Positions 18,242 to 31,200 of a stretch of 64,000 bases of DNA are shown in pieces. The translations under genes were made by a program, and so were the position numbers. Below the pieces are notes generated by a model. It searched no databases. It saw only the letters and a program-made list of their open reading frames with translations, and was not told the origin of the DNA. The stretch spans positions 62,270-126,269 of the IMG/VR virus record IMGVR_UViG_3300020448_000002. One strand, written 5' to 3'. Source of the DNA: a virus. Position 1 is the first letter of the stretch. Each line of letters starts with the position of its first letter.

Positions 18242-19468
18242 ATGGCTAAACAAACGATAGGTCTTGGATCTGCTGCTAACGATAATACAGGTGACACTCT
18301 TCGAGCAGGTGGTGATAAGGTAAACGACAATTTTAGTGAGATCTATACTGCTCTTGGAAACGGAAGTAACCTGACAGTAACTCTTGCAAACCCTGCTGTT
18401 AATCAGGTGTTGCGTTATAATGGTTCAACTTTTATTCCTTCTGACTATACACAGTTAACTTCTGCTCTTGACGTAAATAGTAATTCTATAATTTCTTCTT
18501 CAAACGGTAATATCTCTCTTGCTCCTAATGGAACTGGTAATGTAACTATATCTCACGGAAGTATTACTAATACATTTAATGGCACAGATGGAACTATAGA
18601 TCTTCCAACAACAATAAAATATAAAAACGAATATACTTCTCTTGGTGCATCTCCTTTACCTGCAACATATCCTGGTTATTTCTTTACTGTAGATGGTGAT
18701 GATAATCCATATGTAAACATCAATATAACTGCAGGTGGTGTTGGTGATGCTAGAGCAAAAGTATTAACAGAGTATTCTTCTCTTGGTTTAGTTGGAGACG
18801 TAGATGTAGTATCAAGTGCTCCTACTAATGGACAAGTATTAAAATGGAATACTTCAAGTAGTAAGTGGTTACCTGCTGATGATATAGCGGGTGCAGGATC
18901 ACAAAACTTATGGGAATCTATTGTTGCTGATACAGGAACAACTACTGCTGATTCTGATACTGATTCTTTAACAATATCAGGTGGAACAGATATTGCAACT
19001 GCTATTACTGGTGATACAGTAACGATTAATTATACTGGAACTCCTGTAACAACATTTGCTGCTTTAACTGATACTGACTTATCAGGAATAGTTAAAGGTG
19101 ATTCAATTTATTGGAATAATACTGACTGGGTTGTATCTAGAAGTCCAGTTATTTGGTGGAACTTAAACTCTAGTGGTGCATCTGATTACACCTTCTCTGG
19201 TCCTGGTTTTACTGGTGCTGTAAATGACCCAACTCTTTATGTTTATAGAGGGTTTACTTACATCTTTGATAACTCTGTTCAAGGTGGTGCTCACCCATTC
19301 AGAATTCAAAGTACACAGGGTTTAACTGGAACTCCATATGTGGCAGGTCAGTCAGGTAGTGGATCTAATATTCTTTATTGGACAGTTCCGTTAGATGCTC
19401 CTGCAACTCTTTATTATCAATGTACACTTCATTCTGCTATGAATGGAACAATCAACGTAGCGGTATAA
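18242..19468 (+). CDS. Virion structural protein with gp9/gp10-type N-terminus and C-terminal cupredoxin-like domain
   Basis: N-terminus MAKQTIGLGSAANDNTGDTLRAGGDKVNDNFSEIY is the T4 gp9/gp10-type baseplate motif. C-terminus has HPFRIQ...LYYQCTLHSAMNGTINV. Confidence 0.7.
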   Translation: MAKQTIGLGSAANDNTGDTLRAGGDKVNDNFSEIYTALGNGSNLTVTLANPAVNQVLRYNGSTFIPSDYTQLTSALDVNSNSIISSSNGNISLAPNGTGNVTISHGSITNTFNGTDGTIDLPTTIKYKNEYTSLGASPLPATYPGYFFTVDGDDNPYVNINITAGGVGDARAKVLTEYSSLGLVGDVDVVSSAPTNGQVLKWNTSSSKWLPADDIAGAGSQNLWESIVADTGTTTADSDTDSLTISGGTDIATAITGDTVTINYTGTPVTTFAALTDTDLSGIVKGDSIYWNNTDWVVSRSPVIWWNLNSSGASDYTFSGPGFTGAVNDPTLYVYRGFTYIFDNSVQGGAHPFRIQSTQGLTGTPYVAGQSGSGSNILYWTVPLDAPATLYYQCTLHSAMNGTINVAV

Positions 19469-19473
19469 TATAA

Positions 19474-22400
19474 ATGGCAAGAACGGTTCCTGGTTCTGGT
19501 GCTGTCATTGAACCAATTTTCGATGAGATTTTTGGTGTTCGTGCGGTAGAAGTCACAGATGGTGGAAGTGGATACTCTCAAGCAGATCCACCTCGTTTGA
19601 CAATATCTGGTTGTGGAACCCCAGACGAAGAAGCGTTATTATATCCTATTATTGATTCTGACTCAGGAAAAATTATACACGTTAGAGTTCTGAGTAGAGG
19701 TAGAGGATATGATCCATTAAGATTACAGATCATTCCAGAACAAGAAACTCCTAATGTTGTAACGTCATTTGATGTAAAAAGAATATTTCAATCACATCCT
19801 AATAGTCCTACTACAGCAACATTTACAGATGATAGACTCAGAATAGTATCAGATAATCATCCTAAACCTTCTCAACATATTTTAGCAGAAAGAGAACCTG
19901 GTGGTTCTTCAGTAGTTGTAGATAGATCTTTTGATCAAACATTTATCTATAGAGGCGGTAAAGATGTACCTCATCCCGATGCTGCTAATAGACAATATCA
20001 AGGTGATAAAGCCATGGGTATCATGGCAAATGGTGTTTTACTTCATACACCTGAGTGGGGACAAGATGGTAATCCACCACCAGGATTTGCTATTGATGCT
20101 GTAAAGTATCCTTATATTAAAAACAATAATGCATATGATGCAGTAATAGATAATCAGGTTTACTATTATCAAACAAATAAACTTAGAAACGAATGGAATT
20201 TAGATAACGGAGTATTTGATTGGGGTAGAATAAGACAGTTTGTTTGGCAAGTTAAAACTGAGCATGATAATATTTTAATAGAATTAGGTAATTTAGATCA
20301 GACTATAGGTTCTGTTGAAGTAGGTAGAATTGTTGACTGTATTTCATCTACTGCAAAGGGTGAAGTAGCAAAAATTGTTAAAGATAATTTAGGTAATCCA
20401 ACAAAAATATATTTAAGAACTCTTACTGGTGTTCCTTTCCAAGAGAATGATGTTTGTTTAGGTGCTAACGGATTTCAATTTAAAGTTCAAGGTATTCCAA
20501 CAACATTCCCTAATGGTATATTCTATATTGAGTTTGGAGAAGAAGCACATGAGTTTGGTGCATTTACACCAGGTGTATTTTATTTTGCTCCAGAAGGAAT
20601 TAAAGTTCAAAGAAATTATTTGATTATTTGGGATCAAAGTGATTCATCAAATAATACAGGTGGAATGCAACATCCAATGCAGTTTAGCACGACTGCTGAT
20701 GGAACTTTGAATGGTGGAACTCTTTATTATAATAGTACTGGTGTTACACAAGCACCTGCGGCTGATTATGAAAATGAATATCAAGCATTATTCTTAATGA
20801 ATGCTGATGAAAATAGTAAAATTTATTATCATTGTAAGTTCCATCGTTATATGTCTGGGTATCAGGGTGATGAAGGTTATATGGAACTTGCGTCAGATGT
20901 AGATCCTGACCCAATGGTCAATACATATTATTTTAAAAATTATTATCAATCAGATGCTAATGATCCAAATACTATTGATTATAGTAGACATGTAGATGGT
21001 CATTCTAAAATTTTAGGTATGTCCTTTGATGGATATCCTATCTACGGTCCTTGGGGTTATAATTCTAGTGGTGCAGTTGCTAGAGAAGTATCAGGATATA
21101 GATTAAAAACTACTGCTGAGTTACCAGGTAATCGTCCTCAAGTTAATACAGTTTCTAATGTAACATACACAGTAACTGTATCTAATAATTTATTTAATTT
21201 TGATGGTAGTAGACCTGCATTTTTAACATTAGAAAGAGGTAAGACATATATCTTTAATCAAGATGATGCTTCAAATGATAGTCTATTCTTATTTGTTGGA
21301 ACATCTGAGGATGGATGGCATGTAGGTTCACCTCCTGTTATTGGAGATACATCATATCTTCTAGCAGGTGATCATGTTAAGTATTATATTGATGGTGCTG
21401 AGACTACTTACAATACTTACATTTCTGCTTTCAATACAGCATCACAAAGAGAAGTTAGATTTCATGTTCCTGTAAATGCTCCTATAGCATTATACCTCTT
21501 TGCATATTCACAATCAGGTGTAGGAATAAGATGTGTTGTTGAGGGATATGTACTTGGAGATTTGACTGATGATTATATTCATGATTCAACTGTTGGAAGT
21601 CTTGATGCTTATAATGGTAAGTTCGGTCCTACTCCAGAGTATCCTAATGGAACTTATGCATATTATATGACTGAGGATAGTTCTTCAGTTCCCACTTATC
21701 CTTATGCTATAGGAGATGCATTCTATGGAACTCCATTGTTTGAAGGTGATACAGTTCCTGCACAAGTAGAAATTTTCCCTGCAGGTGCTCAGGGTGATGT
21801 TGTTTTAAACGCTAGTGGTCAAATAGCATATGTTAAAATGACCCAGTTTGGTGATAATTACTTTGGTCCTGCACAAGCAAAGATTTTAGGTGGTCAAGGA
21901 ACAGGTGCGTTAGCAAGTCCAATTGTACAAACAGTTACTGGTTTATCATTACTATCAACAGGTAGAGAGTATGCTACTCCTCCAACACTTATATTTGAAG
22001 GTGGAGGTGGTGGTGTAGGTGCTGAGGGTGCTGCTGAGATTGATACCTTTGGTAAAGTTACTGCAATTAATATTGTTGATGAAGGTGAATTCTATCAAGA
22101 ACCTCCTTATATTTTAATTACAGGTGGTGGTGGAATTGGTGCTAAAGCAGTTGCTAGAATTGATCAAGGTGTCATAGTTGGTATTGATATTACAGATTCT
22201 GGTTCTGGTTATATTAATCCACCAAATATTGTATTTACTAAACTTGTTAACTTAAAACGTAAGACAAGAGCAAGACAGTCTTACAACTCTTCTGCAATTT
22301 ATTTAACAGGTCTTGTAAAAGATTTAGCAGCATCAGACACAGAAATATTCACTGACACAACTACAGGTTTTCCTGGTTCTGGATCTCTTATTGTTAATAC

Positions 22401-23643
22401 TGAAACCATTACATACACTGGTAAATCAACTGGTAAGTTCTTCGGTCTAACAAGAGGTGTAAACTTTAACTATGACCAGAGAATTATATTAGATGCAACT
22501 CAGAATAATCAGCAAGACGTATCCACATATAATTTTAATGTTGGTGATAGAGTAATTCGTAGAATAGATAATGCAAATAATAAAATTGCAAAGGTATATG
22601 ACTGGAATCCAAATAGTAGAGAACTTCTAGTAACATTTGAAGTTGATGAATTAGCGTTCATCGATGGTGGTATTCCATCTACTTTAGATGCTATTGTGCA
22701 GTTTGATGGAGGTGTTGCTGCTAGTGCATCCAATGCTTTCAATCCTCATCAAATTACCTTTGAAGCAAACTCAACTATTATTACTTTGACTGATCCTATA
22801 GGATCAATCTTAGATACTAAGTTTGTTGATACTGCAGAAAACGCAGGAGCTGGTGATGGAATTCCAGACTTGTTTAATACAGGTACTGATTATGAGAGTC
22901 AGATATCACTTGATGGTGGTATTTACAATTCATTATATGGTATTGAAGAGACTCAAGGTGGAACTAACACAACTCTATTTGCAGTTGCCGATCAAATAAA
23001 AGATGGTTCTATTCCGTTCAAATATGCAACTGTAGAAGTTGCAGGAACATTGACTGATGGTGTAGATCACGTTGCAAAATTAAATGTATATGTAGATCTA
23101 AATCAAGGTAACGGTCAGAACTATGTTGTTAATGATCTTGTTACAGGTGATATATCAGGTGTAAGAGGAACTGTTCTTGGATGGGATCCTAATACTGGAT
23201 TACTAGAAGTTGGTAACGTAGTTCCTTATAATACTGGTAATATCAATATAGGTATTGCAGGTTACTTCTATGAGTTCTCTGCTAGAGAAACAGTTATTGA
23301 TTTCATTGTTCAGAATCCAGGTACTAACTATACTGCACCTCCTTCGGTAACAGTAGAGAACATTGGTGATATACAAGCAACAGCAAGTGTTAACATGACT
23401 GCTGCAGGTGACCAAGTTGCTTCACTAACAATCACAAACGGTGGTTATGGTATAGCTCAGAACATTGATGAAAGTTTTGTAACACATCCGACAGTTACAT
23501 TTACTAATAATGCTAGTGATAGCACAGGATCTGGTGCGGTTGTTCAAGCCGTTCTTGGTGGTGAACGTATTGCAGGTAACACTGGTGCGAGTTATAGGAT
23601 CAAGAGAATTGAATATCAAGCACAACTTCAGTCTAAGGAGTAG
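19474..23643 (+). CDS. Large baseplate/virion structural protein with a YHYH-like domain and GSGY repeats
   Basis: GIMANGV, HSKILGMSFDGYPIYGPWGY and LDAYNGKFGPTPEYPNGTYAYY are YHYH-family motifs. Multiple G-x-GY-x-x-P repeats. Sits between the gp9-like gene and gp8. Confidence 0.65.
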   Translation: MARTVPGSGAVIEPIFDEIFGVRAVEVTDGGSGYSQADPPRLTISGCGTPDEEALLYPIIDSDSGKIIHVRVLSRGRGYDPLRLQIIPEQETPNVVTSFDVKRIFQSHPNSPTTATFTDDRLRIVSDNHPKPSQHILAEREPGGSSVVVDRSFDQTFIYRGGKDVPHPDAANRQYQGDKAMGIMANGVLLHTPEWGQDGNPPPGFAIDAVKYPYIKNNNAYDAVIDNQVYYYQTNKLRNEWNLDNGVFDWGRIRQFVWQVKTEHDNILIELGNLDQTIGSVEVGRIVDCISSTAKGEVAKIVKDNLGNPTKIYLRTLTGVPFQENDVCLGANGFQFKVQGIPTTFPNGIFYIEFGEEAHEFGAFTPGVFYFAPEGIKVQRNYLIIWDQSDSSNNTGGMQHPMQFSTTADGTLNGGTLYYNSTGVTQAPAADYENEYQALFLMNADENSKIYYHCKFHRYMSGYQGDEGYMELASDVDPDPMVNTYYFKNYYQSDANDPNTIDYSRHVDGHSKILGMSFDGYPIYGPWGYNSSGAVAREVSGYRLKTTAELPGNRPQVNTVSNVTYTVTVSNNLFNFDGSRPAFLTLERGKTYIFNQDDASNDSLFLFVGTSEDGWHVGSPPVIGDTSYLLAGDHVKYYIDGAETTYNTYISAFNTASQREVRFHVPVNAPIALYLFAYSQSGVGIRCVVEGYVLGDLTDDYIHDSTVGSLDAYNGKFGPTPEYPNGTYAYYMTEDSSSVPTYPYAIGDAFYGTPLFEGDTVPAQVEIFPAGAQGDVVLNASGQIAYVKMTQFGDNYFGPAQAKILGGQGTGALASPIVQTVTGLSLLSTGREYATPPTLIFEGGGGGVGAEGAAEIDTFGKVTAINIVDEGEFYQEPPYILITGGGGIGAKAVARIDQGVIVGIDITDSGSGYINPPNIVFTKLVNLKRKTRARQSYNSSAIYLTGLVKDLAASDTEIFTDTTTGFPGSGSLIVNTETITYTGKSTGKFFGLTRGVNFNYDQRIILDATQNNQQDVSTYNFNVGDRVIRRIDNANNKIAKVYDWNPNSRELLVTFEVDELAFIDGGIPSTLDAIVQFDGGVAASASNAFNPHQITFEANSTIITLTDPIGSILDTKFVDTAENAGAGDGIPDLFNTGTDYESQISLDGGIYNSLYGIEETQGGTNTTLFAVADQIKDGSIPFKYATVEVAGTLTDGVDHVAKLNVYVDLNQGNGQNYVVNDLVTGDISGVRGTVLGWDPNTGLLEVGNVVPYNTGNINIGIAGYFYEFSARETVIDFIVQNPGTNYTAPPSVTVENIGDIQATASVNMTAAGDQVASLTITNGGYGIAQNIDESFVTHPTVTFTNNASDSTGSGAVVQAVLGGERIAGNTGASYRIKRIEYQAQLQSKE

Positions 23644-23654
23644 TCGGAAAGCAC

Positions 23655-23661
23655 ATAAATA
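23655..23661 (+). promoter_or_regulatory. Late promoter ATAAATA for gp8
   Basis: cATAAATAaacaggagg upstream of ATG 23687. Confidence 0.7.
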
Positions 23662-23686
23662 AACAGGAGGACACTAGTCTTAGGAA

Positions 23687-25219
23687 ATGGCAGCTCTATT
23701 AACGGATCAATTTAGAATTTTTTCAGCACAAAAATTTATTAAGGCTCTTGAAGGTCCCGTTGCGACTCAAAGTGATGATGCAGCAGGTGCTACAAGAGAT
23801 AGGTTATATCTTTTCATAGGTAGACCACAAAGTTGGGATAATGAAAACTCACCCCCACAAGCGGTGGATTCATTTGCCGAATTTTCTGGTTCATATGATG
23901 ATATGGTTTCAATGAAGCGTGTGCTGGCTTCTGATACTGTCCAAGTTGTGCGTAGAATTGACTGGGTTTCCCCAGAACAAACTACTGGTGGATTAGGTTT
24001 TACCTATGACATGTATCGTCACGACTATTCTCCAAGTAAAACTGCTGCTTCTGGTGCTACTAAACTATATGATTCTGATTTTTACGTTGTAAACTCGCAG
24101 TATCAAGTATATAAGTGCATCTATAATGGTACATCTCCTTCAGACCCTAACGGAAAACCTTCGACTGTTGAACCGACTGGAACGTCTACTTCTATTATCA
24201 CTACTGGTGATTCTTATCGTTGGAAGTATATGTATACTATTCCAGTTGCGTCAGTGCTTAAGTTCTTCTCCAATGACTACATGCCTGTCTTTACCAACGA
24301 CGCGGTAAAAACAAACGCTGTTGCAGGAGAGATTGATACTGTTGTTATTAACGCAGCAGGATCAGGTTATAACAACGGAACCTATGACAACGTTGCTATT
24401 AATGGAGATGGAACTGGTGGTCGTGTTTCTATTGTTGTAGATGGTGGTAAGATTATATCTGCTACTGTTACTTCTGGAGGAACAGGATATACCTTTGGTA
24501 AAATATCTGTTGATAACGTTACTGGTATTGGAACAGGTACTGGTGCACAAGTTGATGTTATCGTTCCACCACCAGGTGGTCACGGTGCTGACTCTGTTGT
24601 AGAACTTGGTGCTTTCAGAGTTATGATCAACGCTAAACTCTCATATGATGAGGGTGCAGGTGACTTCCCAGTTGATAACGACTATCGTCGTATTGGTCTT
24701 ATTACCAATCCTTTAAAATATGGAACTGAGGAATTAATTTCAGACTTGACTGTATCTGCTACTAAGGCAGTTATATTCTCACCTACATTCCAAGGTAACT
24801 ACGTTCCTGATGAAATTATTACACAAACAAGAGTTGTTGGTGGAACCAACGTTACTGCTCGTGCTCGTGTTGTTTCTTGGAACCCAATAACAAAACTATT
24901 AAAGTACTATCAGAATGCTGTAGATGGTATCTTCCCAGAAGTTACAGGAACACAGAATGAATTTGATGGTTCAAACGTGATTAATGGTGCTACATCTGGT
25001 GCTGCAGGGCAACCCGATGTTAACTTCCCCGCCATACCAAACTCTTCTTCTAGAACAATCAACAATACTGAGTATGACTTAGGTATGAAGTTTAACAATG
25101 GTTATGCTAAACCCGAAGTTTCCTCAAGTAGCGGTGACGTAGTTTACATAGATAATAGAAGATCAATCAGTCGTGCTAACGACCAAGTAGAAGACATCAA
25201 AATCGTAATCGAGTTCTAA
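23687..25219 (+). CDS. gp8: Baseplate wedge protein gp8
   Basis: MAALLTDQFRIFSA, YLFIGRPQSW, VVRRIDW, YDMYRHDYS, YVVNSQYQVYKCIYN, YRWKYMY and C-terminal QVEDIKIVIEF; 510 aa, typical of cyanophage gp8. Confidence 0.9.
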   Translation: MAALLTDQFRIFSAQKFIKALEGPVATQSDDAAGATRDRLYLFIGRPQSWDNENSPPQAVDSFAEFSGSYDDMVSMKRVLASDTVQVVRRIDWVSPEQTTGGLGFTYDMYRHDYSPSKTAASGATKLYDSDFYVVNSQYQVYKCIYNGTSPSDPNGKPSTVEPTGTSTSIITTGDSYRWKYMYTIPVASVLKFFSNDYMPVFTNDAVKTNAVAGEIDTVVINAAGSGYNNGTYDNVAINGDGTGGRVSIVVDGGKIISATVTSGGTGYTFGKISVDNVTGIGTGTGAQVDVIVPPPGGHGADSVVELGAFRVMINAKLSYDEGAGDFPVDNDYRRIGLITNPLKYGTEELISDLTVSATKAVIFSPTFQGNYVPDEIITQTRVVGGTNVTARARVVSWNPITKLLKYYQNAVDGIFPEVTGTQNEFDGSNVINGATSGAAGQPDVNFPAIPNSSSRTINNTEYDLGMKFNNGYAKPEVSSSSGDVVYIDNRRSISRANDQVEDIKIVIEF

Positions 25220-28200
25220 TGGCACAAAATACTAATCTAAACGTAACACCGTATTACGACGACTTTGATAAAGCGAAGAACTTTTATCGAGTGCTGTTTA
25301 GACCTGGTTTTCCAATACAGGCAAGAGAATTAACACAGTCTCAATCAATTCTTCAAAATCAAATTGAGAATATGGGAACCCATCTATTCAAAGATGGTTC
25401 AATGGTTATACCTGGTCAAATAGGTTATGATCTAAACGTTAATGCTATTATGATCCAAGAATCATTCTTGGGTGCAGATGTAGAAAGTTATAGAAGTCAG
25501 ATTACAGGAAAGATAATTACAGGTTTAACATCAGGTGTTAAAGCTAAAGTTCTTTATAGTATTTCATCAACTGAATCAGATAAAGGATATATTACACTTT
25601 ATATTAAATACATTGAATCAGGTGGAGCAGATAATAATCAAGATACATTTACTAATAATGAACAGTTAATAACTGATACTGAAATAACTTTTGGAACAAC
25701 TCTTATTGAAGTTGGATCACCATTTGCACAGTTACTACCTACAGAAGCAACACAAGTTGGATCTGTAGCATATGTGCAGGAAGGTGTTTACTTTATTAGA
25801 GGTTTCTTTGTAGACGTTCCTTATCAATACATTCTCCTTGATCAATATGGAAGCAACCCCAAATACAGGATCGGACTCGAAATTCTTGAATCGATCATTA
25901 CCCCCGAAGATGACTTATCACTCAATGATAACGCTGCAGGAACATCTAATTATGCTGCTCCTGGTTCTCACAGGTTCAGAATAACAACTAACCTTATTAA
26001 GAAATTACTTACAGACGAGGCAGATAAAGACTTTATTGAATTATTACGTATCAATGGTAATAAGATTGAAAAACTAATTGATCGTAGTGCATATGATGAG
26101 TTAGAAAAAACAATGGCAACCAGAACTTATGAAGAGTCTGGTGACTATGTTGTTAGTGATTTCCAAATCACTATGAGAGATGGACTAAATGATGGATTTA
26201 ATAATGGTGTTTATGAGGTAGGAGATACCACTGCTCAAGGTAATAGTGCTGCAGAAAGCATGTATGCTGTTGAGTTTGGTCCTGGTACTGCATATGTTAG
26301 AGGTTATAGACTTAAAACATTATCTCCAACTTATGTTGATATCGCAAAACCAAGAGATACAGATGCTTCTCAAAACACAATTATACCTTTTACATTAGGA
26401 AACTATTCTAAAGTAAGTAATATAAACGGATTTTTAAATACAGCTGGTTCTACTATTTCTCAAGCATATCAAACAGTAGAATTGCGTGATAGATTTACAG
26501 CAACACCAGGTGATGCTGTTGGTAATGTAATTGGATATGCACGTGTAGCATCTCTTGAATTTTTACAAGATCCAGATAATAGTTTTGGAAATGCAGATGA
26601 CAAGTATAATATGCATCTGTTTGATGTTCAAATGTTTACAGTATTACATTTAGCATCTGCACAAACTATTAGTACTGGTGCTGCTGACCAAAGAGGATCT
26701 CTTGTTGTTGGAAACTCTTCTGGTGCAAGAGGTTATTTAATTGATAATGTTTCTGCTGCTACTCACTTAAGCATTTATCAAGTTGAAGGAACTTTCCAGA
26801 AAGGTGAGATGGTAACATTAGATGGTTTAAATTTAGATACTATTACTAATGTTCATACTTACAAATATTCTGATAGTAGACAAGTCTGTGCTAAAGATGA
26901 AAATACATCAGCAGTAGAATTTACAGCAGATATTGTATTAGAAGATTTAAAATTTATTCAAGGTGCTACATTTACATATGATGCTACAGGTAGTGCAGAA
27001 AAAATTACTGGTTTAAATTCAAACTTTGCTGCTGACTTAAGACCTGGCGATAGAATATATTTCTCTGAAACAAAATATGTTGATGTAGATTTTGTTGATC
27101 CTACAAACTTAGCATCATCTAATAATTCAACAATCTTTACTTACTCTACTCAAATAGTTAATGTAACACCTCCTGGTGGTTCTGCTTCTCCTACTGGAGG
27201 AACTTACAATACATTATTACGTTACAGAGCAAAACTTTGGGAAACAGAAAAGGCAACTCTTCTTAAAGCAATGCCTAAGACATATGTCAAGACTATTTCT
27301 GACGAGTCTATGGTTGTTAGAAGAACTTTTGACGCTCAAACTGTTGCTGCAAACGCTATATCAATTACTCTTCCTGAGAACGAGCAGTTCCAAGCAATTA
27401 CAAATACTGCATATTCATTTACTGTTATGGGTAGTACATCAGCTGCATATCCTGCAGGTGCACAGATACCCATCGATACTGTAAACACTGGTGCTATTGG
27501 TTATACAACATTTACATCTGCTGATAGAACTACAATTCAGATAACAAACTTAGATGTAACAGGTGACTCAGGTGCAATTACATCTGTTAAAGTTACAGCA
27601 TCTGTTTCTAAGAACGTTACAACTAAGAAGACAAAATCACCTACTAACATGTTTGTGTTAAAGGTGAATCAAACAGTTCAGAATTTAGATAAACAAAACT
27701 ATCAACTTACATATTCTGGTGTATATGGAACTAGAATTGAAGACGTAGATTTATCATTAGGTATAACTGACGTATTTAATATACATGCTGTATATGAATC
27801 AATGGATGATGCTGATCCAGTAATACCTTCTATAACTTTAGTTGAACCAACATTCTTTGAAACTAAGAGTATTGTTACAGGTAAAACATCTGGTGCAAGA
27901 GCAAGAGTTGTTGACTTTAACTCAAGTACTTTAAAACTGTCAATCGTTTATTTGAGTGGTAAATTTATATCAGGTGAAACAGTTGATGGATTTAATAGTA
28001 GTAATATTGCTATTCAAGGTATTATTAATGACTCTGTAGGATCTATTGTTGAAGGATCTAAAGTTATTACAGATCGTTATGACTTAGAAACTGGTCAAAC
28101 TGGATTTATATATGGTATATCAAAATTAGTAAGAAAGAAAGGTGTTGCTAGACCAATTAGAAAAGTAAAAATTGTTTTAGATTACTATTCTCATGCTGCT

Positions 28201-31200
28201 ACTGGAGATTACTTTGCAGGTCAATCATATTTGGATACTGCATATGCTGATGTTCCTTATTATCAAGAGAAATTCTTACCTGATTTCTTAGACTTTAGAC
28301 CAGGTGTTAGAAACTTATTTACAGGAACTGGATCAGTTGCTTCTCCTGCATATGTAAATGCTGCTACATTAGACTTTAAACATAGAACATTCCCAACTGC
28401 AGGAAGTCCATCTGCAACTTTATTTGATATTCCTAAAGTTGCTAGTGACTTTAGATGTGATTTTGATTGGTATCTTCCTAGAGTTGATAAAGTATTCTTA
28501 CTACCTACTGGAGAATTCCAAGTTGTTAAAGGTAAGTCAGAACAAAGACCTTCTCCCCCAGATGATCTACAAGATGGTATGCTACTAGCAACATTGCTAC
28601 ATGCACCATATGGTTTTGATCCTTCTAGTGATGTCGTTATTCAGAAATCTGATAACAGACGTTATACTATGCGTGACATTGGTAAGTTAGAAAAACGTAT
28701 TGACCAAGTTGAATATTATACATCACTTAACATGTTAGAAAGTGATACATTCAACGTTGAAATTACTGATGCATCTGGTAAGAGTCGTCTGAAGAATGGA
28801 TTTATGGTTGATGATTTTACAGATCATTCTAAATCTAGTACAACAAATCCAGACTATGCTGCTGCATTAAGTTATTCTGATGGAACTTGTCAGTCTTCAC
28901 ACTATACTACTAATACATCATTATTAATTAATGAATCACTGTCTACAAATTATCAAAAGACAGGTCCTTTAATTACACTACCATATGAAGAGATTGCATT
29001 AATTACACAGTCATATGCATCTCGTGTTGAGAACGTTAACCCATTCAACGTATTTGCTTACATTGGACGTATTGATCTTATACCTGCTTCAGATGACTGG
29101 GTAGATACTAATCGTCTTCCTGTCAACGTTATTGATGTTGAGGGTGACTTTGAAGCAACTAGCAGATCTATGAATGTAGATCAATCTGGTTTTGCTCCTA
29201 TCCAATGGGGTTCATGGAATACTACATGGTCTGGAGAATCTACTGGTGCATGGAGTAGATGGAAAGAACATACATTTGCTAACTTTGTTAGTGGTAGAGG
29301 TCGTCGTGTTATGGGATCAAGAACCATTACTTCTACAACTAATCAAACTAGAAGAGGTATTAGAAGTAGAGTAGTTCCCAGAATTGATCGTCAATCTATG
29401 GGTGATAGAACTGTATCTTCAACTTCTATTCCTTGGATACGTTCTAGAAATATTGACGTAACTGTTGCTAGAATGAAACCAAGAACAACTTTCTATTCAT
29501 TCTTTGACGGAACTAAAGTTGGCGATTATATGGTGCCAAAAGTTCTTGAAGTTATTAAAGATCCTTCTACAGATAGTAGAACTAACTCAACACCATTTGT
29601 TATTGGTGAAACAGTTAGAGGTCTAACAAGTGGTGCTAGATTTAGAGTTTCTGCTCCAAATAATTTCTTTACATGGAATCCATATGATGATACTGATATG
29701 CCTTCATCATATTCTTCAACTACTAACTTTATCAACGTTGATACTGAATCACTTGCTGCTCAGGCAGTTGGACAATACTTCGGTAATATACAAGTAGGTG
29801 AAGTTTTGGTTGGTGATTCTGGTGCAAGAGCAGTTGTTCGTGATCGTAGATTAATGACTGATAGATTAGGACAGTGGAAAGGTTCATTCTTTATACCACC
29901 TCCTCAAGTCAATACAAATCCACGTTGGGCAACTGGTAGTAGACTACTAAGATTAACAACTAATGCAGATGATTCCAGAACATTTGGAACAGTTGCATCT
30001 GCTGCACAAACAGAATATGCAGCAACAGGTACATTGAATACTTTACAGGAAAACGTATTATCAATTAGAAATGCTGATATCGTTCAAGATACTGTAACTC
30101 AAGATAGAACTGTTCAAACAACTAGAACTGAAACACGTCAGGTTGGTTGGTGGGATCCACTTGCACAATCATTCTTGGTTGATGAAACTGGTGGTGTGTT
30201 TATTACTTCTGTTGATGTTTACTTCAATGCTAAAGATAGTAATATTCCGATCTCTATGCAGATCAGAACAATGTCAAATGGTTATCCAACAACAAGTATT
30301 CTTCCATTCTCTGATGTTACTGTAACTCCAGATACTATTCAGACATCTGAAACTGGTGCTATTGCAACTAAGTTTACATTCCAAGCACCTGTTTATATTC
30401 CTCAGTCTATTGAACATTGTTTTGTTCTATTCTCAGACTCTAATGAATATCAGGTTTGGATCTCTAGAATGGGTGAGTTAGATATTACTGGAGACAGAAC
30501 TATATCTGAACAACCATATGCAGGTGTTCTATTCAAATCACAGAACGCTACTACATGGACTGCAGACCAGTACGAAGATCTTAAGTTCGTTGTTTATAAA
30601 GCGGTATTTGATACTAGTGTTGCTTCTCAATTAACATTAAATAATGCTCCTTTAGACATAGGTAACGGTGGTAAGATTGTATTAAGAACTGATCCAGTTC
30701 AAACATACCAACCAGAGTTACAACTAGTGATGAATGCAGTAAATTCTACTCTACCTTATACAGTTGGTGCTCGTGTTTATCAGAAGACGACTCTTGCTCA
30801 AGGAACAATTAAAACAATTACAGATAGTAATGCAGGAGTTCTGTTAACTATTAATGACATATCAGGAACATGGCAGTCAGGTTCATCAACTGGTGGAACA
30901 ATTATTAACAGATTAGTATCTTCTAAGACTCTTGCTACTATGGCAGTAACAAGTGCATCAGGTGACTTTACTGTTGGTGAAACAATAACTGGTAACAGTG
31001 CTTCTGCTCCAACTGCAGAGGTTGTAAGTTGGACAGATGGTGGCGGTGGTGCAGGAACATTAACACTTAAATATGTTTCAACAACATTTACAGCTTCTAC
31101 TGAACAAATTACTGGTGGAACTTCTACTAAGACTGCAACTGTTGGTTCTATAACTTACTCTGGAGATAACGTTTCATCTTCAACTGTTCAAGATGCATTC

